Shown here one piece after another: positions 62,985-64,000 of a stretch of DNA of 64,000 nucleotides. The notes under the pieces were generated by a model. The model did no database searches. It was given only the letters and a program-made list of their open reading frames with translations, and was not told the DNA's origin. The DNA is taken from contig NC_043007.1 in NCBI RefSeq assembly GCF_006345805.1, positions 52,576,001-52,640,000 of the forward strand, written 5' to 3'. Source of the DNA: Octopus sinensis (lineage: Eukaryota). How positions within the stretch are numbered: position 1 is the stretch's first letter; the number at the start of each line of letters is the position of its first letter. A program made the position numbers and the translations under genes.

Positions 62985-64000
62985 GTGAAGGGTTGGAATT
63001 AACAAGATTAATGTTGGAACTCCCAGAAAATGAACTTTTATTTAGCAGATTGGTATTGTGAGAAGATATAATTTGTGAAAGATTCTTTGTGTTGGAGAAG
63101 GCAACTCTAATTCTAGATATTATTTGATTATTAACTCTCATATAGATGGGAGTTAATAATCGAATAATATCTAGAATTTTTGGAAAGTTCTTACCAACCA
63201 CTTCACGGAATTGCAAAGGAAGATTCGATTTAATTTGTTTTCCAAACGGAATTACAAACCAGATAGTTTTCCTAGTAACATTCAAATTGTAAATCTTTAT
63301 AGGAAGGTGAAATACCTCTAGAGTGAAAAAATGAGCTTAAATAACGCTTGCCTCCCTTACTCCGTAAAGGAATTTTATTATGTTTTGTGTTGTTTACAAT
63401 ATTGGAATTAAAATCACTCTTATTATTACAACTAGATTTTTTGTCTTGAGATGAAGGACGAGATTAAGCAGAATCAATGTATATCACTTTCTCTTTATAG
63501 CCAGCTTTAACCAAGGCAGAGTTATAAAATTCTGCCTTCTCATTAAAAATGTCAACATTGGCGGATAATTTAGATAATCTAAGTGAAATGTTTTTAACTA
63601 AATTCTTAGTAATTGCCCTAGCGTGATTACTGTAAGGACTAATATACTTGAGATTTGTGGTATGGGAAGTACGAGTTATTTTGTAAATTAAGAGTAATAT
63701 GTAAGAAGTTAGCTTTAGTTAACTCATCGTCAAAAACGATGTGAAAGCCCATTCTACGAAAAAACCTAACTAATCTATTCTTAACTTTCTGTATTTTTTT
63801 ATTTGAAATGTTTTGGAGGTAAAGAAGGATACTCCCAATGCGTTCGATGTACTAATGGGAAGTACAGATTCCGCTCAAATTTCTGATTTCGTCGGAATAT
63901 ATATACTTTATGAAATGGCCGACCAGTTCCCAGACATCTGTGAAGGTCTATATTGTGATGATTGTCTGCTTTACCTCTAAGGGATGGGGGTCTATATGTT
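61955..64000 (-). mobile_element. Penelope element (RT C-terminus, linker with poly-Asn, GIY-YIG, tail), continuing beyond the window
   Basis: RFFRRMGFHIVFDDELTKANFLHITLNL, KTIWFVIPFGKQIKSN, RVAFSNTKNLSQIISSHN, SIYQCKI...YFHIG, CNICNSE; stops and frameshifts present. Confidence 0.9.
61992..62074 (-). ncRNA. Canonical minimal Penelope hammerhead
   Basis: ctttc CTGATGA gaaga...tcttc GAAA c-ataa-g TC gaaag: intact core, 5-bp stems I and II, GUC site, in the tail directly after the GIY-YIG ORF. Confidence 0.8.

Overview
Eukaryotic, AT-rich, repeat-saturated DNA. The SINE, RTE, Penelope and microsatellite repertoire looks like an octopus (coleoid cephalopod) genome; this is an inference. The only host gene I can support is the 3' end of serine palmitoyltransferase subunit 2 (SPTLC2/LCB2): two clear exons at 2575-2704 and 3406-3504, plus a probable terminal exon near 4303-4344. 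The rest is mobile DNA set in (TA)n/(TACA)n microsatellites: tRNA-derived SINEs, several RTE LINE fragments, Penelope-like elements (PLEs) with GIY-YIG domains, a deleted mariner and a probable solo LTR. Highlights: (1) a 59406-61545 tandem array of a ~492-bp monomer with one type I hammerhead ribozyme per unit, a retrozyme-like circular-RNA candidate; (2) two diverged CR1-group LINEs with both termini, head-to-head, whose ORF1 joins a Myb/SANT-like domain to a CCCH finger and whose long 5' UTRs carry homologous minisatellites; (3) an ORF1-only Tx1/L1-like element inserted in a SINE tRNA head with an 18-bp TSD; (4) a 5.9-kb palindrome with hammerhead-bearing ends; (5) a Penelope element at the centre of a spacer-less palindrome; (6) many minimal hammerheads from about seven unrelated sequence families. 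All RNA folds were paired by eye; no searches or folding programs were run.
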